In this document: positions 1 through 9,048 of the stretch, one piece after another
Position numbering within the stretch: position 1 is the first letter of the stretch
How the letters are laid out: each line of letters opens with the position of its first letter
Program-made: the position numbers and the translations under genes
Assembly: GCA_051117555.1 (NCBI GenBank)
Contig: JBNPEG010000022.1
Coordinates: 1 to 40,470, forward strand
Source of the DNA: Elainellaceae cyanobacterium
GTDB lineage: Bacteria; Cyanobacteriota; Cyanobacteriia; CAZCXK01
Direction of reading: 5' to 3'
Length of the DNA stretch: 40,470 nt
Notes under the pieces: model-generated
The model's database searches: none
The model's input: only the letters and a program-made list of their open reading frames with translations
Told to the model about the DNA's origin: nothing

Positions 1-121
1 CATCCTGTCCAACAGTTGGTAAATTAGCTCTTGGGCGTGGGCAAGGATCTTCATGAGACTTGCAATTTATTGGTTCCACGCCCTTTTTTCTCATTCCTGC
101 TGCCTAGGTGCAAGATATGAG
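1..121 (-). mobile_element. End of an insertion sequence with the N-terminus of its transposase (ATG at 54, MKILAHAQELIYQLLDRM..., runs off the window edge); probably IS701/IS4-like DDE type
   Basis: Minus strand reads CTCATATCTTGCACC (121-107), resembling a cyanobacterial IS terminus. It is followed by an ORF whose first 18 aa resemble cyanobacterial DDE transposase N-termini, recognised from memory. Confidence 0.6.
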
Positions 122-252
122 TATATAAAAAGCGTTTGAGAACTATCTGGGAATTTTGATGAATTTTTCGGGTTGGATGGTTATGATGGGGCGATCGAAG
201 TAATTTGACTCAGCAAATAGCAACCTCAATCCTTTAATTCTTTATCAATTTT

Positions 253-2025
253 TCAAACGGTAATCTTATCTAATAGATACTTTACAAAGTCCTCCCGCTT
301 GACAACGGTATTCAATGACAAAGTGGAATCTGTTGTTAAATACTCACTCGTGAACTCAATGATATTGATAACAGCTTGGCCGATAAGTGGAAAATCAGGT
401 TCTTCACCTATTACTCGATCAAAGTCTTCCATCATGTACGTCTTTTTCCCTAAAGTCTTAATCGTCATAAACATAGCAAGATGAAATATTAAACTTCGCA
501 AAGTAACCGAACTTAGTAACTCGTTACTGTGCTGTTCTCTCAATTGAGAAAATTCATCAGAGCGGATAAATTTCTCTATAGTTTTAAGCGTCTTTGAGCA
601 ATATAAATACAATCGAATATCTACAGAGTCATTGAAGACGCGAGAATAGTTAAATTCTCCTTTGGTAAGAGAAGTTGGCTTACCTTTTGAGTTATGAGGT
701 TCTCGAAAAACCATTGCAGTAAAAGCTTGAGCTAGGTATGGGATGCTTACTATCCGTTCTGATGGTTTACCAATATTTTTATAATAGTTTTTTCGTCGAT
801 CATAAAACCATCCATTTTTAAGAAAATAGTCTTCTATATCGCGTTGAATTGGTTCAGTAGCCCTCAGCGAAGCTGCGGGAACTGGAGTTTGGAAGTTTGT
901 TGCTTTTATAATTCTATCCCTTGTTTCAGAATCGCTTTCTACAACAATAATCTTTATTAAGACTGCTCTGTTCTCTTGAACACTTTTAAAGCTATCTGAA
1001 GGGGTACTATTCGATTGAATAGGCGTGGAATCAACGTACTCATAAATTGTATTGGTAGTTTGTAAACCATTGACAATTTGAACATCATCTAATGTGATAA
1101 CTTTTCCAGCAATACTAGCCTTGGATGCAATAATTGTAATACCATTATTAAGCCACCAGAAGTCAATGTTCGATCTATCATGATGTTCGAGAGTTTTTCT
1201 GATATCCTTATTTACGGCAACATCTCCTTGATAATCTCTCACGTTGGACTCAAAAATATATTTTCTTAGATTCCCCATTTCATCAGAAATAAAATCGTAA
1301 TAGTCTTTCAAGCTAGACAAAACTACGTAATTGTTTTCACCTCTGGAAATATAATTTTCTAGAAATTTTAGTTGTAAAGAATAGCTTTTTTCTTGTCGTG
1401 AAACCGCAAGCAATTCTCTTGCTCCGATAAAATCGAATGAGAATTCAGCTCCTACAAGATATTCTTCAATAATCTGGCGCAAAGTATTAACCTTCGAATG
1501 TATTTTTTGATTTAATTCCTTAGCATTTCCTTTGCTAGCATAAACATATTTGATACGAAGTCGTGGATGCCTATTAGCCAATTCAACATATGCCTTTCGG
1601 AATGTATTGACCTTTTCAACGAGTAAGGCATTATAAATTTCTTGAACTTTTTCTATATTCTTACTCAGATTGAATATGTCATGTGCAGTTGATATTAGGG
1701 TTTCAATAGGCTTCTCTTTGAATGAAGAACTAACTTTCGATTGAATCATGAAAATTTCAAATACTGGATTCTTCTTGATTCCCTCCAAGTCAAAATCTTC
1801 GTCTATCAAGTCTTTGTTTATGAACATAAAAAATCCATCTATTCCTCCATCATCACCCCCGTCAACCTTTCCAGAAAGCAATTCATCGTATGATAAATCA
1901 TTATCCTTTAGGACTTGTTCAAAAGAAAATAGCTCAAAGTATTCGCTTGAATTTATCGACTCAGCAGAGTCTTTTCTTTTCTGCTCAAGAATGCTATCCA
2001 AGACGATTACATCATTATTACTCAT
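253..2025 (-). CDS. AIPR family (abortive infection phage resistance) protein
   Basis: 590 aa with motifs DGGDDGGIDG, IFESNVRDYQG, FWWLNNGITII, QIVNGLQT and TNFQTPV typical of AIPR. AT-rich with no HIP1 octamer seen. Confidence 0.9.
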   Translation of the reverse strand: MSNNDVIVLDSILEQKRKDSAESINSSEYFELFSFEQVLKDNDLSYDELLSGKVDGGDDGGIDGFFMFINKDLIDEDFDLEGIKKNPVFEIFMIQSKVSSSFKEKPIETLISTAHDIFNLSKNIEKVQEIYNALLVEKVNTFRKAYVELANRHPRLRIKYVYASKGNAKELNQKIHSKVNTLRQIIEEYLVGAEFSFDFIGARELLAVSRQEKSYSLQLKFLENYISRGENNYVVLSSLKDYYDFISDEMGNLRKYIFESNVRDYQGDVAVNKDIRKTLEHHDRSNIDFWWLNNGITIIASKASIAGKVITLDDVQIVNGLQTTNTIYEYVDSTPIQSNSTPSDSFKSVQENRAVLIKIIVVESDSETRDRIIKATNFQTPVPAASLRATEPIQRDIEDYFLKNGWFYDRRKNYYKNIGKPSERIVSIPYLAQAFTAMVFREPHNSKGKPTSLTKGEFNYSRVFNDSVDIRLYLYCSKTLKTIEKFIRSDEFSQLREQHSNELLSSVTLRSLIFHLAMFMTIKTLGKKTYMMEDFDRVIGEEPDFPLIGQAVINIIEFTSEYLTTDSTLSLNTVVKREDFVKYLLDKITV

Positions 2026-2235
2026 ACTTGTTCCTCATCCCTTATTACAACCAATTGCTTAGCTTTAACGCGCTTACTATATTAAACAAACCCTAATCAA
2101 ATTGCCATTTGCCTCAATAAATTGTCCTGTCTGAGTGCGATCGCCATCTCCCATCAACGTATGATGTTAAGTAAACCAATAAGGCAAAGCTTATTTTCAC
2201 TAATCATCTCTAAACTATTGCAGCAGAAGATAAAG

Positions 2236-2331
2236 GGCGATCGCGTCTTGAGAGTCATTTACAATCAAACTACCGAACCTTGGCGAATTGTAACCGTCTA
2301 TTTTGACCGCACTCAAAGGAATCGACTATGA
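2236..2331 (+). pseudogene. C-terminal remnant of a DUF4258-type (putative toxin/RNase) gene
   Basis: GDRVLRVIYNQTTEPWRIVTVYFDR matches the DUF4258-type C-terminus and overlaps the DUF2283 gene by ATGA. In-frame sequence upstream of 2236 looks unrelated. Confidence 0.65.
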
Positions 2332-2528
2332 AGCTTCAATTTGACGAACAAGCCGATGCCCTCTATCTCCGTCTAGACGATTCTAAAATCATTGAGTCTG
2401 AAGAAGTTCAGCCCGGAATCATTCTCGACTTTGACGAAAACAGCCAAGTTGTTGGTATCGAAATTTTAGATATTAAGCGTCGCGTTCCACAAGCCAATCT
2501 AAAACAGCTTCAATTTGAGTTTTCATAG
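2328..2528 (+). CDS. DUF2283 domain protein (putative antitoxin)
   Basis: MKLQFDEQADALYLRL...EEVQPGIILDFDENSQVVGIEIL is the DUF2283 pattern. Confidence 0.9.
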   Translation: MKLQFDEQADALYLRLDDSKIIESEEVQPGIILDFDENSQVVGIEILDIKRRVPQANLKQLQFEFS

Positions 2529-2724
2529 CTGATTGACTGACAAAACTAATCATATTAGCGGCTGTTCGCACGTTGAGCGATCGCAGTGTTGCTGTCAAGC
2601 GTGCAGAGACATGTTGGGCGATCGCCATGCTTCTGTGGGGTAAATCAAACCAATGTGAGTCATCGCAATTCAATGATCATCGATAACATTCACATGTCGA
2701 GCCCTGATCATTCGATGTCGCTCT

Positions 2725-2816
2725 ATGACAATGGCATGTTGAGTGATGACAATGGCATGTTGAGCGATGACAATGGCATGTTGAGCGATGACAATGGCAT
2801 GTTGAACGATGACAAT
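2725..2816 (+). repeat. 21-bp tandem repeat (ATGACAATGGCATGTTGAGCG, ~4.4 copies) with degenerate units extending upstream to ~2660
   Basis: Units start at 2725, 2746, 2767 and 2788, with a partial unit at 2809. Confidence 0.95.
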
Positions 2817-3092
2817 CCTTCTGTAACGGCTGCAATAACTCGCTAAATAAGAACTCAAGGACGCTGAATTTTTGATGCTCGGAGTGATTATTAAAGCACT
2901 CAAAGTGATTAATTTTGGGCGAGTCCATTCGGCTCTAACCCAATCATATTACGGATTTTCCCTCGATCAGACCAACAGATCTCCGGCTTCTGTAGCCCCT
3001 AATCATGATCTGGAACACCCGAAAGAGAAGCCAGGGATCTTCTCGATCAATCACTGATTGTCAAGTCTCGACAAAGACCCGCCATACCACTG

Positions 3093-3121
3093 TTGTTTTT
3101 ACAGGTGACGTGCTGTATTCT
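3093..3121 (+). promoter_or_regulatory. Putative sigma70-type promoter (TTGTTT-17 bp-TATTCT)
   Basis: Spacing would place the start site near 3128-3131, just before the structured leader. Confidence 0.35.
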
Positions 3122-3130
3122 CAGCTATCA

Positions 3131-3321
3131 AGCGCTCAAACATGAGCAGCGTCCCCCAGCAGTGTTAGCCCACGTGCCGGGAGACTGACCCTCCAATCTG
3201 ATGTCGCCAGACGGAAGGCTACAGGCATTATGACACTCCTGTTAGCCATCCCGCTTTTGCTATGCAGACCGGAGAATGGCGTCTCGTTTGAGCGCTCCTT
3301 CAACTATCCAAAAGGAGTGTT
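3131..3321 (+). ncRNA. Putative structured cis-regulatory 5' leader RNA
   Basis: Perfect 11-bp long-range stem AGCGCTCAAAC (3131-3141) / GTTTGAGCGCT (3286-3296) enclosing four hairpins, plus two anti-SD segments. Confidence 0.5.
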
Positions 3322-3326
3322 TCATC

Positions 3327-3563
3327 ATGGTAAATCCCAACGAACCGCCGGAGCGGTTTGACCCATCGTCATGCAATAACGACGACCGAGAAGTACTGCG
3401 CGTGATTGCTGTCGGTTCGCTCAAAGTCGTCAACCAGTACATCATGCAGATGTATCAGCTCAACTATGCACAGCCCTACGAATGGTCGAAACCCATTCCT
3501 ACGGTCAATCCCAATGAGGTGATGTGTATTCTTACACGCTACTTCAAAGGATTGAGTGAGTAA
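3327..3563 (+). CDS. Small cyanobacterial hypothetical protein (78 aa)
   Basis: SD AAGGAG at 3312-3317 and ATG at 3327. The motif REVLRVIAVGS..VVNQYI..MY.LNYA...EWSKPIPT.NPNEVMCILTR resembles a widespread uncharacterised cyanobacterial family. Confidence 0.8.
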   Translation: MVNPNEPPERFDPSSCNNDDREVLRVIAVGSLKVVNQYIMQMYQLNYAQPYEWSKPIPTVNPNEVMCILTRYFKGLSE

Positions 3564-3568
3564 TCTGA

Positions 3569-3660
3569 TATAGCCTGACGCTCTCGCGTTAGGACGCTGA
3601 ACGTGTGGTGACCCCGCGGCGCGAGGGCTCACCACACAAACCCAAGCCCGTAGGACTATA
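3569..3660 (+). repeat. ~92-bp dispersed miniature repeat (MITE/SDR-like), copy 1
   Basis: TATAGCC...GGACTATA termini and an internal GTGTGGTGA...TCACCACAC hairpin. Reverse-complement copies at 12654 and 24027. Confidence 0.85.
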
Positions 3661-3687
3661 ACGACGATTAAAGGACAATAGCCTGAT

Positions 3688-3719
3688 GGGTATGGCGTTG
3701 CTGAGGCATTGCCATGCCC
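3688..3719. repeat. REP-like imperfect palindrome
   Basis: GGGTATGGCGTTGC-TGAG-GCATTGCCATGCCC. Confidence 0.5.
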
Positions 3720-3835
3720 GATTTCTGCCATTTAGTGCAGCATCATCCGTTTACTCGGTCAACAATGCCCATCCGAGATTAGGATAAAAATATCATCTTA
3801 ATTTTTTAGAGATAATTTCTAGGATTGGAGAACAT

Positions 3836-4267
3836 ATGATTCGGCAACTTAGACCCGCTTGGATAGTCAAAACCGCCTTAATTGCAGGACTCTTTGCATT
3901 TGGAGGGCAAATGGCGATCGCCCAGACCGAGGTTCGCAGCGGCGTACTTCAGTTTATCCAGCTTCAAAGTTTGGCAGATCGCAGGTCTACCCTCTCTGAG
4001 GGGACGTTGGCAGATTTGCAAACAGACCCAAACTTTGATGGCGATTTTCAAATGATTTTCAACGACGCAGCCGCGATTTTAGATGATTACACCATCGTGC
4101 AGCGCGGCGGCTATTTCCCTGAAAACGCGGGTATTCCTCGTGATCAGCAACTGACCGTCGATCAAGCTGTTTATCGAGTCTATGCCCTCGACGATGGCAA
4201 TCAACTGGTGCTTTACCGCACTCCATCTGAGAATACAGCCCGCTATTTCATTCGTGAGAGTGCTTAG
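3836..4267 (+). CDS. Hypothetical exported protein
   Basis: SD GGAG upstream and a signal peptide ending AIA-QT. No recognisable domain. Confidence 0.75.
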   Translation: MIRQLRPAWIVKTALIAGLFAFGGQMAIAQTEVRSGVLQFIQLQSLADRRSTLSEGTLADLQTDPNFDGDFQMIFNDAAAILDDYTIVQRGGYFPENAGIPRDQQLTVDQAVYRVYALDDGNQLVLYRTPSENTARYFIRESA

Positions 4268-4327
4268 ACCTGTCGCAGCGGCGCTGAAATTGCGTCTTTT
4301 GACGAATGCTGTTTGATCGTTGCGAGC

Positions 4328-5065
4328 ATGGTTGAACTTTCAATACGGTTCTATGGCGATCTCAATTATTTCTTGCCGATCGCCCGCCAGCAGGTGCGAT
4401 TTGTTCATACGCTCCGCGAACCTGCTTCAGTTAAAGATGTGATTGAATCACTGGGTGTCCCTCATCCGGAGGTGGCACTCATTCTTCTCGATGGCAAATC
4501 GATTGGATTCTCGCATTTAGTGCAGCAGGGCGATCGCCTCTCGGTGTATCCGCAATTTCGAGCTGTTGATATTTCTGCGGTGTCTCAGGTGCAGCCCGCT
4601 CCGCTGCCTGATATACGATTTGTTGCGGATGTTCATCTGGGCAAGTTAGCGATGCATTTGCGGTTGCTGGGGTTTGATGTGCTCTACGAAAATAACTATG
4701 ACGACGACACCCTCGCAACATTGGCAGGCGATCGCCGCATCTTGTTGACCCAGGATCGGGCATTGCTGAAACGAAGCGTGATTACGCACGGTTACTGTGT
4801 TCGCAGCAGCGACCCGGTGCAGCAGCTTGATGAAATCTTGCGGCGATTTGATTTGTATGGGGCGATCGCCCCGTTTAAGCGCTGCTTACGCTGCAACGGG
4901 ATACTCAAGCCCGTCAACAAACAAGACATCCGCGATCGGCTAGAACCGCTTACTCGCAAATATTATGACGAATTTCGCATGTGTCAACAGTGCGAGCAAA
5001 TTTATTGGAAAGGGTCCCATTACGAACGCATGCAGCAATTTATCAGCGATGTCCTTCCGGCATAA
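4328..5065 (+). CDS. Mut7-C ubiquitin/RNase domain protein
   Basis: N-terminal ubiquitin-like SVKDVIESLGVPHPEV, FVADVHLGKLA..LRLLGFD, and Zn-ribbon CLRCNG...CQQCEQIYWKGSH. Confidence 0.92.
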   Translation: MVELSIRFYGDLNYFLPIARQQVRFVHTLREPASVKDVIESLGVPHPEVALILLDGKSIGFSHLVQQGDRLSVYPQFRAVDISAVSQVQPAPLPDIRFVADVHLGKLAMHLRLLGFDVLYENNYDDDTLATLAGDRRILLTQDRALLKRSVITHGYCVRSSDPVQQLDEILRRFDLYGAIAPFKRCLRCNGILKPVNKQDIRDRLEPLTRKYYDEFRMCQQCEQIYWKGSHYERMQQFISDVLPA

Positions 5066-5074
5066 TGGCTGAAA

Positions 5075-6847
5075 TCAGAGCGTCGTAAAATCAGCCTCAG
5101 TAATCTCGACAGGGCGCACTCCCTCGACGATTGCAATGCGTTCATTGCCGACTCGAATGATAGTGCGGTTGCCGCTTCGCCTAAATCTTAGTTCGTCAAA
5201 CGCTACGCCTCCAGCCAGCGCAAAGAAGTCTTGCCCGTCATGGAAGTCTTGAATGGTGTCTTCGCCACTGCCAACCTCCAACAAAAAGATGTCAGACCCT
5301 AATCCGCCGCGCAGGTCATCATCGCCGCCGCGTCCAATCAGGATGTCATTGCCCCCATTGCCGACCAGCAGATCGTCTCTGCCTCCTCCGATCAATCGAT
5401 CGTTGCCAATTCCGCCGCGCAGGTCGTCTTCGCCCCCGCCCCCGCGCAGCGTGTCGTTTCCACCCCCGCCTCGGAGGCGATCGCTGCGTCCCCCGCCTCT
5501 GAGAACATCATCTCCACTGCCGCCGCGCAGCACGTCTTCTCCACCGCCGCCTCGGAGAAGGTCGTTTCCTCCCAATCCGCGCAATGTGTCATCGCCTGCT
5601 AGCCCTGAGATGGTGTCGTCACCGGCGCTTCCTCGGAGGATATTATCGTCGCGATCGCCGACTAAATCGTCGCCTGGAATAGCAAAGCTGCTGACAAAGC
5701 GTTGTCCAAAGATGCCATCGCTGCTGCCGTCTTGCCCAGCGCTTTGCCAGACGGCAACGGTTTGCCCCGCTGGATTAATGGCGATCGCGGGCAGAGTTTG
5801 TTGATTGGTAAAAAACGTGTTGACTTGAAATTCTTCCCCAATGGGCGTGCCGTTGCGATCGAACGCACGACCGAAGATGCCATCGCCGCTCCCGTCTTGG
5901 CTTTCGCTGACCCACGCGACGACAAAATTTCCATCGGCGTCTGTCGCAACGGCAGGAAATTCTTGATTGCTGAGCGTCGTTGTATTGACCTGAAACTCGT
6001 TACCGAGGCGGCTGCCATTAGCTGCGAAGCGTTGGGCAAAGATTCCTTCGAAGCTCCCATCTTGCCCTTGACTTTGCCAACTAATTACAAAGCTGCCATC
6101 GTCGCTAATGGCGATCGCCGGATTGATTTGATTGAGGCTGGTTTCGGTATTGACCTGAAACTCGCCACCCACCGGAACGCCGCTGCTATTGTAACGCTGA
6201 GCAAAGATGCCATCGAGACTGCCGTCTTGTAGCCGACTTTCCCAGGTAATCACAAAATCACCCCGTCGACTCACCGCGATCGCCGAGTTTTCTTGCGTGT
6301 TTGCAGTTTCAGTATTGACCTGAAACTCAACTCCTACGGGTTGACCATTGCTGCTATACCGTTGAGCAAAGATGCCGCTACCATTGCCATCCTGAACTTC
6401 GCTAGTCCAGGTGACTACGAAATTACCATTGGCATCCATGTCAATGGTGGCATTGTCCTGATTTTGAGCAAATTCGGTGTTGACCCGAAATTCTGGACCA
6501 ACCAAACTGCCGTCAGCATTAAATCGCTGGGCAAAGATCCCGGTGCCATCAGAATCTTGCCCGTCGCTTTCCCAAACAACCACAAATTGCCCGTTTGGGG
6601 CGATCGCCACCTCTGGATTAGCCTGATCGTCCAGGATAAAGCTATTGACGCGAAATTCAAATCCTAACGGAACCCCATTAGAATCAAAGCGTTGAGCATA
6701 AATACCTTCTAAACTGCCGTCCTGACCGTCACTTTCCCAGACGACGACAAACGTGCCGTTATCACTCACGGCTACGGATGGCGTATCTTGGGAATCAAAG
6801 GTGGTCGTATTCGCGCGAAATTCGAAACCCGTTGGATTAACAGTCAT
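5075..6847 (-). CDS. Calcium-binding RTX-repeat protein with N-terminal tandem EFQVNT.../GIFAQRF repeats
   Basis: About 7 repeats of EF(R/Q)VNT...FVV.W.S..QDG...GIFAQR(F/Y), then GGxGxDxLx nonapeptides. Confidence 0.88.
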   Translation of the reverse strand: MTVNPTGFEFRANTTTFDSQDTPSVAVSDNGTFVVVWESDGQDGSLEGIYAQRFDSNGVPLGFEFRVNSFILDDQANPEVAIAPNGQFVVVWESDGQDSDGTGIFAQRFNADGSLVGPEFRVNTEFAQNQDNATIDMDANGNFVVTWTSEVQDGNGSGIFAQRYSSNGQPVGVEFQVNTETANTQENSAIAVSRRGDFVITWESRLQDGSLDGIFAQRYNSSGVPVGGEFQVNTETSLNQINPAIAISDDGSFVISWQSQGQDGSFEGIFAQRFAANGSRLGNEFQVNTTTLSNQEFPAVATDADGNFVVAWVSESQDGSGDGIFGRAFDRNGTPIGEEFQVNTFFTNQQTLPAIAINPAGQTVAVWQSAGQDGSSDGIFGQRFVSSFAIPGDDLVGDRDDNILRGSAGDDTISGLAGDDTLRGLGGNDLLRGGGGEDVLRGGSGDDVLRGGGRSDRLRGGGGNDTLRGGGGEDDLRGGIGNDRLIGGGRDDLLVGNGGNDILIGRGGDDDLRGGLGSDIFLLEVGSGEDTIQDFHDGQDFFALAGGVAFDELRFRRSGNRTIIRVGNERIAIVEGVRPVEITEADFTTL

Positions 6848-6934
6848 ATCGCTGAGAAAACGATGATGATTGACTCGACTGTGACTCCATTACTTTAAAG
6901 CCGGAGAAATAGCAGCGGCTATAGTTATTTGTGC

Positions 6935-8881
6935 TCATCGAGTCTGACTCAAATTTTTAATGTCAATTGGTTCAATGGGGTCAGCTAATTCAAACCCAAA
7001 GACCTGCGCATAAAAATAAAGTTCGCTATCTAGGGCACGCTTAATATTCTCGGCTTTACGAAATCCGTGCTGTTCACCTTCGAAAAGCACATAGGAAACG
7101 GGTAACCCTTTCGCAGAAAGCGCGTTGACCATCAGCTCAGCCTGATTGGGAGGCACAATCTTGTCTTCATCGCCTTGAAAAAACACGACCGGGCATGATA
7201 GCTGATCGGTAAAATGGATGGGCGATCGCTCCCGATACAGGTCTTTTTGGTCGGGATAGGGTCCAATCAGCCCATCTAGATAGCGAGATTCAAACTTGTG
7301 GGTATCTTGAGCCAGCGCTTCGGCATCGCTGACGCCGTAGTAGCTTGCTCCCGCTTTGAAGGTATCTCGAAAGGCTAGCGCCGCTAAGGTGGTATAGCCT
7401 CCAGCACTGCCGCCGTCAATCATGAGGCGATCGCCATCTGCTTTACCGTGCTGAACTAGGAAGTTAGCGCCGTTGACACAATCGTCGACATCAACAACGC
7501 CCCAGTTTCCCTTTAGCCGTTCTCGATACTCTCGCCCATATCCCGTGCTGCCGCCATAGTTAACATCTAAAATTGCGATGCCGCGACTCGTCCAATACTG
7601 CTGTCTCAGGTCAAGCGTGGCCGATGTTGCGGCAGTCGGCCCGCCGTGAATTTTGACAAGCAGAGGCGGCTTTTCGTCATCAGGAGCCACAACGTCTTTA
7701 TTTTGAGGGGGATAATAAAATCCATAGGCGGTGAGGCCATGTTCTGTCGGAAACTCAACCACCTCTGGAACTGACAGATAGCCCTCATCGATTTCCACCC
7801 GGCTTGAGCGGCGTAATTCGGTGATGCCTTCCGTTTTCAAATCAATCTGGGCGATCGCGCTCGGTGAGGTGGGCGACCCGGCTCCGAATGCCGCGCAGTC
7901 AGATCCCACGCGTAACCCGCCGATGCTGGTGTAGGGCGTTTCAATTTCGCTCAGGTCGAGCGTGCGAGTATTCAGTCGGGCTAGATACTGAACGCCATTT
8001 TCCACATACGTGCAAATCAAACGGTCGCTTGATTCAAATCCATAGGTTGACATGGCAAACACCCAGTGGGGTAAGCCAAACTCTGCATCCCTGGGACAAA
8101 GCGGCTCAATGCCTCCCTTATCTGGATTCCATCGATAGAGATTCCACCAGTTAGTGCGATCGCTCACAAAATAGAGTACCCCATCGGGCGACCATTCTGG
8201 CTGAAAGATCGATTCTTCTCGTCCACCTGCAATCTTTTGGGCAGTGCCGAGTGAACCATCGGCTTGAATATCCGCAACCCATAGCTCGGTTCCGTCCCAA
8301 GGCATATCGGGATGGTTCCAGCTTAGCCATGCGAGCTGAGTGTGGTCTGGGTTTAGGCGAGGGGACGAATAAAAGTCGCTGCCCGACACCAAAATGTCTC
8401 CGTCATGCACACTCGATAGGCTGACTGCAACGATGGTGTTAACGGCTTCTCCCTGCCCCGTATGGTCTTCTCGGATGCAGATGAGGCGATCGCGCGGAGT
8501 ATCCATCACGGCGTCGGCGTATCGCATCTCACCGTCTGGTGTAAGGACTTCGGGCGTTGCGCCCGGAAATTGTCGGTAGAGTCGCTGATCGCTGAAATTC
8601 GAAAAATAGACCGTTCCATCCACAACGATATAGGCACCTCCTCCATATTCATGCACCCGCGTGCGTACATTGAAATCTGGAGGTGTGATGTCAGTCGTGC
8701 TGCCATCGGGCGATCGCCGCACAATCACATACCGCCCTCCTTCGGTTGGCCGACCCTCGAGCCAATAGACATAATCACCCTCCAGCCGAATCTCACCGAG
8801 TCGAATCGTTCCAGCGACGATCAAATCAGAGGTAATCGGAGACTTCCAAGAACCGTAGGGAGCAACGTGCGGTGCAGTCAT
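6935..8881 (-). CDS. S9 family peptidase (dipeptidyl aminopeptidase/acylaminoacyl-peptidase)
   Basis: [12 protein letters not shown]-terminus, IHGGPT, GGSAGG nucleophile, D(KIVPP) and EQHGF triad motifs. An alternative start lies at 8902. Confidence 0.93.
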   Translation of the reverse strand: MTAPHVAPYGSWKSPITSDLIVAGTIRLGEIRLEGDYVYWLEGRPTEGGRYVIVRRSPDGSTTDITPPDFNVRTRVHEYGGGAYIVVDGTVYFSNFSDQRLYRQFPGATPEVLTPDGEMRYADAVMDTPRDRLICIREDHTGQGEAVNTIVAVSLSSVHDGDILVSGSDFYSSPRLNPDHTQLAWLSWNHPDMPWDGTELWVADIQADGSLGTAQKIAGGREESIFQPEWSPDGVLYFVSDRTNWWNLYRWNPDKGGIEPLCPRDAEFGLPHWVFAMSTYGFESSDRLICTYVENGVQYLARLNTRTLDLSEIETPYTSIGGLRVGSDCAAFGAGSPTSPSAIAQIDLKTEGITELRRSSRVEIDEGYLSVPEVVEFPTEHGLTAYGFYYPPQNKDVVAPDDEKPPLLVKIHGGPTAATSATLDLRQQYWTSRGIAILDVNYGGSTGYGREYRERLKGNWGVVDVDDCVNGANFLVQHGKADGDRLMIDGGSAGGYTTLAALAFRDTFKAGASYYGVSDAEALAQDTHKFESRYLDGLIGPYPDQKDLYRERSPIHFTDQLSCPVVFFQGDEDKIVPPNQAELMVNALSAKGLPVSYVLFEGEQHGFRKAENIKRALDSELYFYAQVFGFELADPIEPIDIKNLSQTR

Positions 8882-9048
8882 GCGATCTTGATCCAATAAC
8901 ATGGGGCTTCAGCTTCGAGCATAAAAGCTTTTGAACCAACAATCCAGTTTTTTGCCCCAAATCCGCTCTTCGCTCAATCCCAATTCCGCGACCCGCTATG
9001 ATCGAAGTCTAGATTGATTCACTGATTAATCCACGGGAGGACACTCCA

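Noticed and set aside
2122..2331. 69-aa ORF as an intact gene
   Set aside because: Only the last ~31 codons resemble a protein family; treated as a remnant.
2725..2816. Possible CRISPR array
   Set aside because: Units are directly adjacent with no unique spacers, and there are no cas genes in the window.
2677..2928. Cys/His-rich ORF (CHRSTCH)n as a metallothionein
   Set aside because: An automatic by-product of translating the 21-bp repeat; no independent coding evidence.
3369..3731. 120-aa minus ORF and 12618-12815 ORF sharing PHVQRPNARA
   Set aside because: The shared peptide comes from translating the 93-bp dispersed repeat, not from gene paralogy.
5253..5804. Ser/Pro-rich + strand ORF (likewise 17849-18406 and 18572-18916)
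   Set aside because: Antisense shadows of Gly/Asp-rich RTX repeats.
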